A stretch of DNA of 64,000 nt from Candidatus Latescibacterota bacterium. GTDB lineage: Bacteria; Latescibacterota; UBA2968. Position 1 is the stretch's first letter, and each line of letters begins with the position of its first letter. The DNA is taken from the NCBI GenBank assembly GCA_965204745.1, contig OZ242010.1:3616001-3680000 (forward strand). The letters run 5' to 3'. The position numbers and the translations under genes were made by a program. Under the pieces are notes generated by a model. That model saw only the letters and a program-made list of their open reading frames with translations, was not told the DNA's origin and searched no databases. Below, piece by piece: positions 1-9,596 of the stretch.

Positions 1-390
1 GCGCTTGTACGCCTCGGCCGTGCGGTTCACCATCCAAAACACCTCGCCACGGCCGCGCGCGCCGCCAAAGGTGCGAATCGATCCCGCGCCCAAATCCGCC
101 GCCAAGTCAATCGCGGCATCGGCTTCGGCAATGGACTGATCCAGTGCCGCCGGGTCTTCGGTGGCAAACTTCGCCCCGGTCGCCACGCAACATATCGCCA
201 GCCCTGCAACCTCGAATTTCGCCCGCGCTGCGTCTCGGGCCGCAACGGGCATATCCAGTTCAAAGCCCGAGGCATGGCCCCAGCCCACGCGCGGCTCCAG
301 CCCTTCAAACCCATGCCGGTGCATCCCGTCGATGATCTGATCCACAGACCAATCCGGGCACACACTCGTCATCGTTCCCAATCGAATCAT
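1..390 (-). CDS. Sugar phosphate isomerase/epimerase (xylose-isomerase-like TIM barrel), 3' end outside the window
   Basis: Hand translation from ATG at 390 (RBS AAGGAG): MIRLGTMTSVCPDWSVDQIIDGMHRHGFEGLEPR...AIDLAADLGAGSIRTFGG. Open to the window edge, so absent from the ORF track. Confidence 0.75.
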   Translation of the reverse strand, partial: MIRLGTMTSVCPDWSVDQIIDGMHRHGFEGLEPRVGWGHASGFELDMPVAARDAARAKFEVAGLAICCVATGAKFATEDPAALDQSIAEADAAIDLAADLGAGSIRTFGGARGRGEVFWMVNRTAEAYKR

Positions 391-424
391 GACTCACTCC
401 TTTCCGGTGAATGGCTCGGACATT

Positions 425-535
425 TTTAGCCACGAGCGGGGTACAACTGGCGACAGCCAGTTCAAAAGCACAAAAGGCACAAAAGCCTGTGGCACTGAAC
501 CTTTTTAGCCACAGAAAGCACAAGAGGCACAATGG
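425..535 (+). repeat. TTAGCCAC-AAAAGCAC repeat family carrying the 30-bp module A (434-463)
   Basis: TTTAGCCAC[GAGCGGGGTACAACTGGCGACAGCCAGTTC]AAAAGCACAAAAGGCAC. An empty unit TTTAGCCACAGAAAGCAC follows at about 505. Confidence 0.85.
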
Positions 536-654
536 CTACTGAACCTCAGCAGGCTCAATTCAGTCGCCGTCCGAATATCGCGGTTCAAACTAATGCCAAG
601 TGCCCGCTATTGCAAGCGGAAAACGGGATTAGACCATCGCGTTCACCTTTCGCA

Positions 655-683
655 TTGACGGAATGGGAGTGGTGGTGTATTTT
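655..683 (+). promoter_or_regulatory. Putative sigma70 promoter upstream of the methyltransferase
   Basis: TTGACG-17 nt-TATTTT. Confidence 0.4.
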
Positions 684-685
684 TT

Positions 686-717
686 AGTAGTCAGTTGTCA
701 GTAGTCAGTTGTCAGTC
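686..717 (+). repeat. Heptamer array (GTCAGTW)n. Further arrays at about 8368, 9566, 22078, 28702, 28795, 44569, 46463, 55071, 58231, 62690, 63036
   Basis: agtagtcagttgtcagtagtcagttgtcagt, and reverse-complement (ACTGACA/ACTGACC)n copies elsewhere. Confidence 0.9.
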
Positions 718-971
718 CCCGCCCTGCCACCCGGCCCAAAGGTGAGACGCAAGAGGGAAGACGCAAGAAGGCTACCTAACACGAGTTCACCCTGTCCCAT
801 CCGTCATAGGGACAGGCCCCTGTGCCTGTCTGAAGGAGCGGTCATTTGGAGCCAATCCCGTGCAGTACAAAAAGGAGACGCAAAAAAAATAAGACAGTGG
901 TCGATAAACTGATAGAACGCGACAAACAGTATGACCAACACCATATCAGACAAAAAACGAACGGGCACGCC

Positions 972-1946
972 ATGAAGCGAAAAGCACCGAGAAATCGCAC
1001 GCTGACCTGTAGCAAAGCGGAGATAGATCGGCTATCCGCACGGATTTTTCAAGTGCAACATCCGGTCAGTGCGGGGGAAATTGAGGGCGAGATCATCGGC
1101 GGAGATGTGTTTGAAATCGCCGGGTATTTGCCGAAAAAATTCGTGGATTTGCTCATCTTGGATCCCCCGTACAATCTGTCCAAAAACTATCACGGTCATT
1201 TGTTTAAAGCGCGGGAACGAGACCGCTATCAAAAGTGGTTTCAACGGGTTATTGAAGTTTTGCTCCCCGCGTTGCATCCCCAGGCGACAATTTATGCATG
1301 TTCGGATTGGCGAACTTCTGTGCTCATCGCGCCCATTCTCGAATCGCAGTTTCACATTCGCAACCGCATCACTTGGGAAAGGGAGAAAGGGCGCGGGTCA
1401 AAGGTCAACTGGAAAAACAACGCAGAGGATATTTGGTTCTGCACCGTCTCGGACGAGTACTGCTTTCAGGTCGATGCCGTGAAGATCAAACGCAAGGTCA
1501 TCGCGCCCTATCGCGTGAACGGAACGCCAAAGGATTGGAATGCAGAAGAGCGCGGCAATTATCGCCTGACCCACCCCTCAAATATCTGGACGGACATAAC
1601 GGTTCCATTTTGGTCTATGCCGGAAAATACCGATCACCCCACGCAGAAACCCGAAAAACTCATCGCCAAGTTGGTACTCGCCAGTTCCCAAAAAGGCGAT
1701 TTTGTGTTTGACCCTTTCCTCGGCAGTGGCACGACAGCCGTCGTAGCCAAAAAGTTGGGGCGGCGATTCTGCGGCGTCGAACAAAACCGAGAATACTGCT
1801 GTTGGGCACTCAAACGCTTGGCACGCACGGCCAAAGACGCGGCGATTCAAGGCTATGTGGATGGCGTATTCTGGGAAAGAAATTCATTGCGCGATCAACA
1901 AAAATCCGTCAAACCACCTGCACGCCAAAGCGAGTTGTTCAAATGA
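972..1946 (+). CDS. Site-specific DNA methyltransferase, N6A/N4C, beta class
   Basis: Motif IV DPPY precedes HPTQKP and motif I DPFLGSGTT. Start taken at ATG 972 (MKRKAPRNRT). Confidence 0.92.
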   Translation: MKRKAPRNRTLTCSKAEIDRLSARIFQVQHPVSAGEIEGEIIGGDVFEIAGYLPKKFVDLLILDPPYNLSKNYHGHLFKARERDRYQKWFQRVIEVLLPALHPQATIYACSDWRTSVLIAPILESQFHIRNRITWEREKGRGSKVNWKNNAEDIWFCTVSDEYCFQVDAVKIKRKVIAPYRVNGTPKDWNAEERGNYRLTHPSNIWTDITVPFWSMPENTDHPTQKPEKLIAKLVLASSQKGDFVFDPFLGSGTTAVVAKKLGRRFCGVEQNREYCCWALKRLARTAKDAAIQGYVDGVFWERNSLRDQQKSVKPPARQSELFK

Positions 1947-2158
1947 AATCATCATTTTACTACGACGGTCACCACCTGAAAGTGGCCGAGCAGATCAAAA
2001 CGCACATCAATGCGTCTTCCGATTTTTTGTCGCACCAAACAGCCCAGAGCACTCGCGCTGTGGGGGATGCGATAGCGTTTTTGATAGGGGAGAAATTTGA
2101 CTCATTTTTGCAAAGCTCGCCTTTTATGCCTTTTGTGTTTTTGTGTTTTTGTGGCTAA
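1943..2158 (+). pseudogene. 5' remnant of a probable cognate Type II restriction endonuclease, truncated by a repeat tract
   Basis: ATGA overlap with the MTase stop. About 57 plausible codons (MKSSFYYDG...STRAVGDAI...), then the frame runs into the repeat at 2116. Confidence 0.55.
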
Positions 2159-2365
2159 ACTTCCATCTCGCCTTTTATGCCTTTTGTGTTTTTGTGTTTT
2201 TGTGTTTTTGTGGCTAAACTTCCATCTCGCCTTTTATGCCTTTTGTGTTTTTGTGTTTTTGTGGCTAAACTTCCATCTCGCCTTTTATGCCTTTTATGCC
2301 TTTTGTGTTTTTGTGGCTAAATGCCCATCTCGCCTTTTGCCTTTCATCCGTCTTCATCCGTGGTT
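2116..2365 (+). repeat. Tandem ~50-60 bp units (CTCGCCTTTTATGCCTTTTGTGTTTTTGTGGCTAAACTTCCAT), about 4 copies; reverse strand of the GCCAC-AAAA family
   Basis: Direct inspection. No unique spacers between units. Confidence 0.9.
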
Positions 2366-2384
2366 GTTTTTTTTGGAGTATCCC

Positions 2385-5300
2385 ATGCAAACAAACGCTT
2401 TTCGCATCTCGTCCATTCTCTTGTTGTGTGCTGTGTTGGCAGGGCCAGCCGGGGCGCAGTCTCAGGCGACCACTGGGGTTATTCGCGGCGCGGTGTGGGA
2501 CTCGTTCGGCAAGCCCGTTGGCAATGCCACCATCTCGTTGACCGAGACGCGCACCAATTATCGGCGCACCATCGTGTCGTCCGACATGGGGGTGTTCGCC
2601 GCGACCTTGTTGCCCTTGGGCCTTTACGACATCACAGCGCGGGCAGAAGGACGAGCCGACGTGCGGCAGACGGGCATCCAGGTTCGGGTTGGCGAGACCG
2701 TGGAATTGAACATCAAAATGGGACTGCAACGGGGTGAGAACATCAAAACGATGGTCATGGAAGAGACCCTCGTCGAAGCGGTGCGGCCCGCGGTGGACAT
2801 CACGCAGAGCGAGCCGGCGACGCGCCTGCCCAAAGAAGCCGTGGCGGACTTGCCCAACAATGGGCGCAATGTCCTCAACCTCACCTTGTTGACCCCGGGC
2901 GTGGGCATCGTGCAAGGGCCTGATGGGGATGAATTGACCATTGCCGGGCAGCGCGGCATTCACAACAACATCTCGGTCGACGGCGCGGATTTCAACAACC
3001 CCTTCTTCGGGGAACAACGCGGGGGGCAACGCCCGGCCTTCACCTTTAACATGGACGCGGTCGAGGAAATCGTGGTGATTCCCCAAGGGGCCAATGCCGA
3101 ATTTGGTCGATCCAGCGGGGGCTTTGTCAATGCCATCACCAAGTCCGGCACCAACGAGTTGCACGGGTCCATCCATTTCTTCGGCAAACACAGCGCGCTT
3201 TCCGCAACCGCCGAGCACGAGGGCATCACGCGCACGCCCGATTTTGGGCAAGGGCAATTCGGCTTCACGCTAGGCGGGCCGTTGGTCAAAAACAAGGCGT
3301 TTTTCTTTGCGGCTTACGACCAGCAAATTTTCAGAGATACCAAGCAGGACGACATCCACCGCATCCATCCCGACGTGCGCGACTTTATGGACGCCGCGTT
3401 CAACGGCGCGCTAGCAGGCGACTATGGCCCCATCGACCGCACCGATGACGCCCGCGCTTTTCTCGCCAAGATCGACTACCACCTGTCGGAAAACCACTCG
3501 GCCACCTTCAAATACAATTACACCTGGTCCGAGCAGAAAAACGGCACCTTTGACGTGGATTCGTGGGCGCGCAGCGCGAATGCCGTGGAAAGGGATTGGT
3601 CGCACGCTTTCAACGGCAGTTTGGTATCGCTGTTGCCGGGCAACGCGATCAACGAGTTCCGGTTCCAACTCGCCCGGGAGGATCGCCCGCGTCCTTACGA
3701 CGGGCCGATCAACCCCACTACCGCGCGTCCATTTCCCGATACGGCGATGGATTTTGCGGGCGCGTACCGCTTTGGCATGCCCTTTTTTATCCCGGTGGAT
3801 TACCGCGATTCCCGCATCCAACTCCTCAACAACATCTCCGTGGGCATGGGCGATCACTTGATCAAAGCAGGCGTGGAGTGGAACCGAGTCGCGTCCACGC
3901 AGACCTTCATCGGTTTTGCCAATGGCCGCTACATCTTCGGCTCGGTCGGCGGCTTCCTCAATTTTGTGGAACGCGGCAATGACTATGTCGAGTGCGTCGG
4001 CGGCAGTACGAGCACCGCGGGGGCGTGTCCAGATGGCGTCGAGATCACCGGCCCCGTCCTGCTCTATTTGCAACAGGCCGGCGTCGGCGGGCTAACAGTG
4101 GAGGAAGCGGGCACACAGGCTATCCCACAGCACGAGTTGGCCGCGTTTGTGCAAGACAGTTGGCGAGTTTCGGACGAGCTGACGCTCAATTACGGCCTGC
4201 GCTGGGAGGCGCAAATTCAGCCGGATGTGCTCACCGATCCCACCGAAGTCTTCTTCGCCGATTTCATCGGCAAAACAGCGAGCAACGAGACGGGGACGCA
4301 CGCCTTCCCGTCCAATGGCAAAATCCCCTCGGACTGGACGATGTTCCAACCCCGCATTGGCATGGCCTACGACATCCACGGAGACAACAAGACCCTGTTG
4401 CGCGCCAGCGTTGGCATTTACCACGCGCGCATCCCGGGCTTGAACTTGGCCGGCACGCGCTCGACCAATGGCTCGCGCGGGCAGACCATTTTCCGATCCA
4501 GCGCGCTCGCGCCGGTTTTGGGCCCGCCCCCTGCGTACGGCGACTTGTTGCCCGCGCCCGAGGGCGATCCCTTTCGCCCGGACATCACGGTCGTTGACAA
4601 AAATTTCAAAAACCCGCGCACCCTCAGCGCGCATGTGGGCATGGAACGCGAGTTGCACGCAGAGGGCTTGGTCGGCACCCTCGGCTATACGCACGCGCGC
4701 ACGGACCGCTTGACGCGCTTCATCAACCGCAACGACGCGGTCTTCGGCGCGCCGTGGGCCACGGGCTTGGGCGCAGATGGGAACAATGGCATCAACAATT
4801 TGACGGTGGTGGAGAGCACGGCCAAGTCGCGCTACCACGGGATCAGCCTTGGGCTGCGGCACAATGTTCGGGAGGCTTTGCAATTTCAGATCAACTACAC
4901 GCTGTCGTGGGATCGGTCCAATGACGACAACGAGCGCGATCCCTTCACCTTTCGCTATGTCGATCCCACGCGGTTGGACCTCGAGTGGGGCTATTCGGAC
5001 CGCGATCAACGCCACCGCTTCAATGCGTGGGCCTTGGCAAAATTGCCCGGACAGATCGTCCTCAACAACCGCATAAGCTACTATTCGGCGCAACCGATTT
5101 CCGAATCCTGCGGCAACGACAACCGAGGCTCGGGCCTGGCCGCGGTCAATCCGTGGGGCGCGGACTCGGATAGGATCTGCGCGAATGGCAACATTATACC
5201 GCGCAACACCTTGCGAAAGGACAATGCGTTTTTCTCGTGGGACGCGCGCCTGTCCCGCCCCATCCCATTGGGCAAGGGCGAGTTGGAGGCGATAGTCGAG

Positions 5301-5435
5301 GTGTTCAACCTGCTCAACACGGACAACTTCCGCGACCCCTCCAGCGCGGGCCTGCTGTTCAATTTCGATGGCACCGTGCAATCGGGCTTGGGCAACCCCC
5401 GCGAGGTACAGATCGGTTTGCGGTATGTGTATTGA
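2385..5435 (+). CDS. TonB-dependent outer membrane receptor (Oar-like) with N-terminal carboxypeptidase-regulatory-like domain
   Basis: Signal peptide from ATG 2385 (RBS GGAG), AEFGRSSGG..NAITKSGTN plug motif, QDSWRV..LTLNYGLRWE, C-terminal PREVQIGLRYVY. Confidence 0.93.
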   Translation: MQTNAFRISSILLLCAVLAGPAGAQSQATTGVIRGAVWDSFGKPVGNATISLTETRTNYRRTIVSSDMGVFAATLLPLGLYDITARAEGRADVRQTGIQVRVGETVELNIKMGLQRGENIKTMVMEETLVEAVRPAVDITQSEPATRLPKEAVADLPNNGRNVLNLTLLTPGVGIVQGPDGDELTIAGQRGIHNNISVDGADFNNPFFGEQRGGQRPAFTFNMDAVEEIVVIPQGANAEFGRSSGGFVNAITKSGTNELHGSIHFFGKHSALSATAEHEGITRTPDFGQGQFGFTLGGPLVKNKAFFFAAYDQQIFRDTKQDDIHRIHPDVRDFMDAAFNGALAGDYGPIDRTDDARAFLAKIDYHLSENHSATFKYNYTWSEQKNGTFDVDSWARSANAVERDWSHAFNGSLVSLLPGNAINEFRFQLAREDRPRPYDGPINPTTARPFPDTAMDFAGAYRFGMPFFIPVDYRDSRIQLLNNISVGMGDHLIKAGVEWNRVASTQTFIGFANGRYIFGSVGGFLNFVERGNDYVECVGGSTSTAGACPDGVEITGPVLLYLQQAGVGGLTVEEAGTQAIPQHELAAFVQDSWRVSDELTLNYGLRWEAQIQPDVLTDPTEVFFADFIGKTASNETGTHAFPSNGKIPSDWTMFQPRIGMAYDIHGDNKTLLRASVGIYHARIPGLNLAGTRSTNGSRGQTIFRSSALAPVLGPPPAYGDLLPAPEGDPFRPDITVVDKNFKNPRTLSAHVGMERELHAEGLVGTLGYTHARTDRLTRFINRNDAVFGAPWATGLGADGNNGINNLTVVESTAKSRYHGISLGLRHNVREALQFQINYTLSWDRSNDDNERDPFTFRYVDPTRLDLEWGYSDRDQRHRFNAWALAKLPGQIVLNNRISYYSAQPISESCGNDNRGSGLAAVNPWGADSDRICANGNIIPRNTLRKDNAFFSWDARLSRPIPLGKGELEAIVEVFNLLNTDNFRDPSSAGLLFNFDGTVQSGLGNPREVQIGLRYVY

Positions 5436-5459
5436 GACGAATGGGCGAGATGGAAGTGG

Positions 5460-5745
5460 AATTAGCCACGAGCGGGGTACAACTGGCGATAGCCAGTTCA
5501 AAGGCGAATAGTGTGTAGGGGCGGTGCCCCTGTGCCCGCCCAACGATACAAGAGGGCCGGGGGATAGGTCTTGCGAGAAGGAGGGGATGTGAAGGATGAA
5601 GCGGCAGTAGGGATGTGGGGACGGGTACGCACGGGTGGCGGGGTGGGGTAATCCGCGCAATCCCTTAATCCGTTTAATCCGCGATTCAGACACGGCGGCG
5701 CGGGGACGGGCTGGGCACGCACGGGTGGTTGGGCAGAGCGGCTGG
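5460..5745. repeat. Mosaic spacer: module A, a GTAG-type REP, a half GGGGGATAGGTC unit, G-rich linkers and an AATCC-nonamer element
   Basis: Module A 5470-5499; GTAGGGGCGGTGCCCCTGTGCCCGCCC at 5515; AATCCGCGCAATCCCTTAATCCGTTTAATCCGCGATTCAGACACGGCGGCG at 5651, with an inverted copy at about 52303-52354. Confidence 0.85.
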
Positions 5746-5822
5746 GAAAATCACTTGATATATCTAAAATTTCGGCTATTTTGCAATCGGACTGCAAAGT
5801 AGCCGTTTTTTTGGAGCCGACC

Positions 5823-7022
5823 ATGTACATCTCCCGAACCCTCGAATCCTTTGTCGCGTCTTCTCGATTTCCCGTGCTCATGATCTCTGGGGCCAGGCAG
5901 GTCGGCAAGACGACGTTTTTGCGGCATTTGAGTGCCCCGGACCGCACGTACATCACTTTGGACGATCCACTGGTGCAGAGCTTGGCGCGAGAAGACCCCG
6001 CCTTGTTCATGCAGCGGTTCGCCCCACCCGTGCTCATCGACGAAATCCAGTACGCGCCGCAACTGTTGCCCTATATCAAAATCGCCGTGGACCGAGATCG
6101 CTCGCCCGGCATGTTCTGGCTTACCGGCTCGCAACCATTTCATCTGATGAAAGGCATCTCCGAGTCCCTGGCCGGACGAATAGGCATCGTGCAACTTTTT
6201 GGCCTTTCGAGGCGCGAGCGCGTGGGCATCTCTGCGGATCCGTTCCTGCCCGTTCCCGACGCGATTTGCACCCGCGGCACACTCGGTTTGAAGGCCCTGT
6301 ACAACCTGATCTGGCGCGGCGATTTTCCCGCCATCGCTTTGGATGATCTGATGGATTGGGACTTGTTTTACAGTTCTTACTTGCAGACGTATCTCCAGCG
6401 CGATATCCGAGACCTCGCCCGAGTGGGAGATGAAATCGCCTTTCTCCGGTTTCTGCGATCCGCCGCGGCCCGCACCGCGCAGATCTTGAATTTTTCCGAC
6501 TTGGCCCGCGATGCCGATGTGGCGCCAAATACGGCGAAAACATGGCTTTCCATTTTGCAGGCTTCCGGCGTGATCTATCTTTTGAAGCCCTATTATACCA
6601 ACCTCACCAAGCGACTGGTCAAACGCCCCAAACTCTATTTTTTCGATACCGGGTTGTGCGCGTACCTCACCGAATGGTCGAGCCCGGAAACGCTGGAGGC
6701 AGGCGCGATGTCTGGCCCCATCTTGGAAACGTGGGTCGTAAACGAACTGTTGAAGAGCTACCGACACAATGGCCGCCAAGCCCCGTTCTATTATTACCGC
6801 GACCGAGATGGCAAAGAAGTCGATCTCCTCATCGTGCGGGATGGCGCGATCTATCCGCTGGAAATCAAAAAAACCGCCTCGGCCGACAAGCGCGATGTTC
6901 GCCATTTTCGCACCTTGCAAAAATTGAACATGCCCATCGGCCCAGGCGGCGTAATTTGCTTGGCAGAACAATCCCTGCCGCTCGCGGATTCCGCCCTGTC
7001 CATTCCCGTGTCTGCCCTTTGA
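5823..7022 (+). CDS. AAA_14-type ATPase with DUF4143 / C-terminal PD-(D/E)xK-like domain
   Basis: Walker A GARQVGKT, Walker B IDEIQ, LTGS, PKLYFFDTGL, EVDLLI..PLEIK. Confidence 0.88.
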   Translation: MYISRTLESFVASSRFPVLMISGARQVGKTTFLRHLSAPDRTYITLDDPLVQSLAREDPALFMQRFAPPVLIDEIQYAPQLLPYIKIAVDRDRSPGMFWLTGSQPFHLMKGISESLAGRIGIVQLFGLSRRERVGISADPFLPVPDAICTRGTLGLKALYNLIWRGDFPAIALDDLMDWDLFYSSYLQTYLQRDIRDLARVGDEIAFLRFLRSAAARTAQILNFSDLARDADVAPNTAKTWLSILQASGVIYLLKPYYTNLTKRLVKRPKLYFFDTGLCAYLTEWSSPETLEAGAMSGPILETWVVNELLKSYRHNGRQAPFYYYRDRDGKEVDLLIVRDGAIYPLEIKKTASADKRDVRHFRTLQKLNMPIGPGGVICLAEQSLPLADSALSIPVSAL

Positions 7023-7043
7023 TTCCCAACTCAGGACTTGCTG

Positions 7044-8078
7044 ATGATTCCCGATCTTCTCCCACTCAACCCCCACCTTTGCGAAACCGTTTGGGGTGGA
7101 TGCGGCCTCGGCACGCACTACGACAAAGCCCTGCCTCCAAATGTGCCCATCGGCGAATCATGGGAGGTTTCGGCGTTTGAAGACAGGCCGAGCATCATCG
7201 CCGATGGCCCCCTTGCGGGTCGGTCCCTCGCGGACCTCGTCGCGACTTGCGGCGCAGAACTCCTCGGCCAAAGCGTTGTCCAACGTTGCGGCGCCGCGTT
7301 TCCCATGCTCGTCAAACTGATCGACGCCCGAGACGATCTGTCCATTCAGGTGCATCCGGACGACGCTTATGCCCGCGCAGAAAATTTGGGCGCGTATGGC
7401 AAAATGGAAGCGTGGTACATCCTCAAATCACAGCGCGGCCGCGTGGCATGTGGGCTGAAAGACGGCGTTGACAAGCGCGGTTTTGAATTGTCCATCCGCG
7501 AGAACCGCGTGCAAGACTCCGTGCGATTTTTCGATGTGCGAGAGGGTGATGTGGTCTTTGTCCCCCCCGGCACAGTGCATGCCCTGTGCCAGAACGTCAT
7601 GATCTACGAAGTGCAACAAGCCAGCGATCTCACCTTTCGGATCTGGGACTACAACCGCCCCGGCAGCGATGGCGAGCCGCGCGAGTTGCACATCGACCGC
7701 GCCCTCGACGTCATCGCCTTTGACGCGCCCGCGCCAGAACCCCAACACTGGCGCCGCCTGCCCGGCGCGACCGACGAGCACGCCATCCTCGTGGAATCCG
7801 ACCACTTTTTCCTCCAACGCTTTGCCCCTACACGCACGACTCACCACACCTATTCCACCTTTGCAACACTCACCCTCATCACCGGCGAAGTTAGATTAAA
7901 CGACACCTTTGCCGCGCAACCGGGCCATACCTTTTTCATCCCCGCCAATCGCACCATCGCGGTCTCGCCCAAAGGACCGACCGCGTATTTGATCGCATCC
8001 TACAATGCGAATAAAGCGTTGAATCCATTTATTGGGACCTACCCCCCTGGCCCCGTTACTCGCTACGCTTCGTTGTAG
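7044..8078 (+). CDS. manA: Type I mannose-6-phosphate isomerase (cupin). C-terminal ~25 codons derive from the MITE
   Basis: VWGG, GESWEVS, LVKLIDARDDLSIQVHPDD, GKMEAWY, PPGTVHA, EVQQASDLTFR. Confidence 0.88.
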   Translation: MIPDLLPLNPHLCETVWGGCGLGTHYDKALPPNVPIGESWEVSAFEDRPSIIADGPLAGRSLADLVATCGAELLGQSVVQRCGAAFPMLVKLIDARDDLSIQVHPDDAYARAENLGAYGKMEAWYILKSQRGRVACGLKDGVDKRGFELSIRENRVQDSVRFFDVREGDVVFVPPGTVHALCQNVMIYEVQQASDLTFRIWDYNRPGSDGEPRELHIDRALDVIAFDAPAPEPQHWRRLPGATDEHAILVESDHFFLQRFAPTRTTHHTYSTFATLTLITGEVRLNDTFAAQPGHTFFIPANRTIAVSPKGPTAYLIASYNANKALNPFIGTYPPGPVTRYASL

Positions 8079-8369
8079 GCTACGCCTGTGCCTGTGAGGA
8101 AGGGGGAAATGGCGAGAGGTTGTGCGAGGGGTTTGGGTTTCCAGAGCGTGATCTATTCGCTCAAAGCCATCAGAACAGCTAGGGAGACAAACCTTCAAAA
8201 AGCCATGCGCTCCCCCTTTCCTTGTAGGAAAGGGGGCCGGGGGGATAGGTCCTACGAGGAAGGGGAAGAACATCTCTCGTTGCGGAGAGGAGCCGGATGA
8301 CTCGTCCATGTCTTTGGGCAATTGGTCTCGGCTTGCTTCCTACTCGCTTTCTACTCTTAATTCGCATTG
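8003..8369. mobile_element. Non-autonomous TIR element (MITE), ~335-367 bp, copy 1
   Basis: Ends CAATGCGAATAAAG / CTTAATTCGCATTG. Near-identical copy at 62703-63037, partial inverted copy from 58254, solo end at about 22146-22158. Confidence 0.8.
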
Positions 8370-8381
8370 ACAACTGACAAC

Positions 8382-9565
8382 GGCGTTGTTGCATAAATCG
8401 CTATTGCCTGCGAGTTGGGATTGCAAAAAGACAGGCTCCTTCGTAGATTGGGCATATAGATCACCAAAACCACTCACCCTTTCTCACCAGGAACCTGTCA
8501 TGCCCAAGATAACCGCTTCCAAGACCGCCGTCAAGTCCCCGCGTCGCCCGCGTCGCCCGCGCTGTGAGCCTGTCTATCGGGTCCGGAACTGGGCGGCCTA
8601 TGAGGCCGGTCTCAAGCAGCGGGGCAGTCTGACGTTTTGGATTACGCCGCAAGCTCTTCGGGGGTGGTACCATCAAGGGCCAACGCAACGGGGGAGGCAA
8701 AACACCTTTTCAGATTTGGCTATTCAAACGGCATTGATGTTGCGCTTGGTCTATGCCTTGCCCCTGCGTCAAACCGAGGGGTTTCTCACGTCCATCCTGG
8801 CGTTGATGGGGGTGGCTTTGCGCGTGCCCGATCACACGACCCTCTGCCGGCGACAGGGCGATTTGAACGTGGATTTCCCTGTCCAATCCCATCATGCGCC
8901 GATCCACTTCGTGGTGGATTCTACCGGCCTGAAAGTGTATGGCGAAGGGGAATGGAAGGTGCGTCAACACGGCTTTTGCAAGCGCCGGACTTGGCGCAAA
9001 TTGCACATCGGCGTCGATGAGGCCACCGGGGAGCTTGTCGCACAGACCCTGACTTCGGCAAGCGTTGATGACGCTTCGCAGGTCAACCCCTTGCTCGATC
9101 AAGTCCTGGCCCCTGTGATATGATGGGCGCCGATGGCGGCTATGACAAACGCAAGGTCTTCAACACATGCGCCGCCCCCAAACAAGGAGCCCCCATCCGA
9201 CCTCTGATTCCCCCGCGCCATGATGCCAAAATTGAACAACACGGAAACAGGAAGGCACCCCCCCTCGCCCGCGATGAAATCATCCGAGCGATCAGGCGTC
9301 AAGGCCGCCGAAAGTGGAAACGCACCAGTGGCTATCATCGTCGCTCGGTCGTTGAAACCCAACTATGCCGCTACAAACAACTCATTGGGCGGCAGTTGCG
9401 CGCGCGAAATCAGAAGAACCAAGAAACGGAAGCACGGTTGGGATGTGCGGTGCTCAATCGCATGATGAGGATCGCGAAACCCGTGTCCTATCCCATAGAA
9501 AGAAGGGCTTAAATCTCGCGGGAAAGGGACGAACTTCGCCACGACAACATTTATGCAACAACGCC
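8382..9565 (+). mobile_element. IS5 family (IS903 group) insertion sequence, 1184 bp
   Basis: Perfect 17-bp TIR GGCGTTGTTGCATAAAT. The 9-bp flanks ACTGACAAC / ACTGACCAC differ by one base. Confidence 0.92.
8500..9512 (+). pseudogene. IS903-like DDE transposase, frameshifted near 9117-9123
   Basis: VRNWAAYEAGLKQRGSLTFW and VVDSTGLKVYGEGEW are in one frame; GADGGYD and YHRRSVVET are in the -1 frame. No slippery motif at the junction. Confidence 0.88.
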
Positions 9566-9596
9566 ACTGACCACTGACAACTGACCACTGGCAACC

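Noticed and set aside
2116-2365. Possible CRISPR array
   Set aside because: Units are low-complexity and adjacent with no unique spacers, and no cas genes are present. The same applies to the 18150-18800 cluster.
2097-2384. 96-aa N-terminal extension of the TonB receptor (likewise 18607-18870 and 54757-55080)
   Set aside because: These are translations of repeat DNA. Better starts lie downstream, with a signal peptide or family-typical N-terminus.
4092-7118. Long minus-strand ORFs (533 aa, 455 aa) and similar ones at 9903, 13417, 59801
   Set aside because: Antisense shadows of well-supported genes in GC-rich DNA, with no recognisable motifs.
9110-9125. Programmed -1 frameshift in the transposase
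   Set aside because: No slippery A-run or heptamer, and IS903-group transposases are single ORFs. A 1-nt deletion is simpler.
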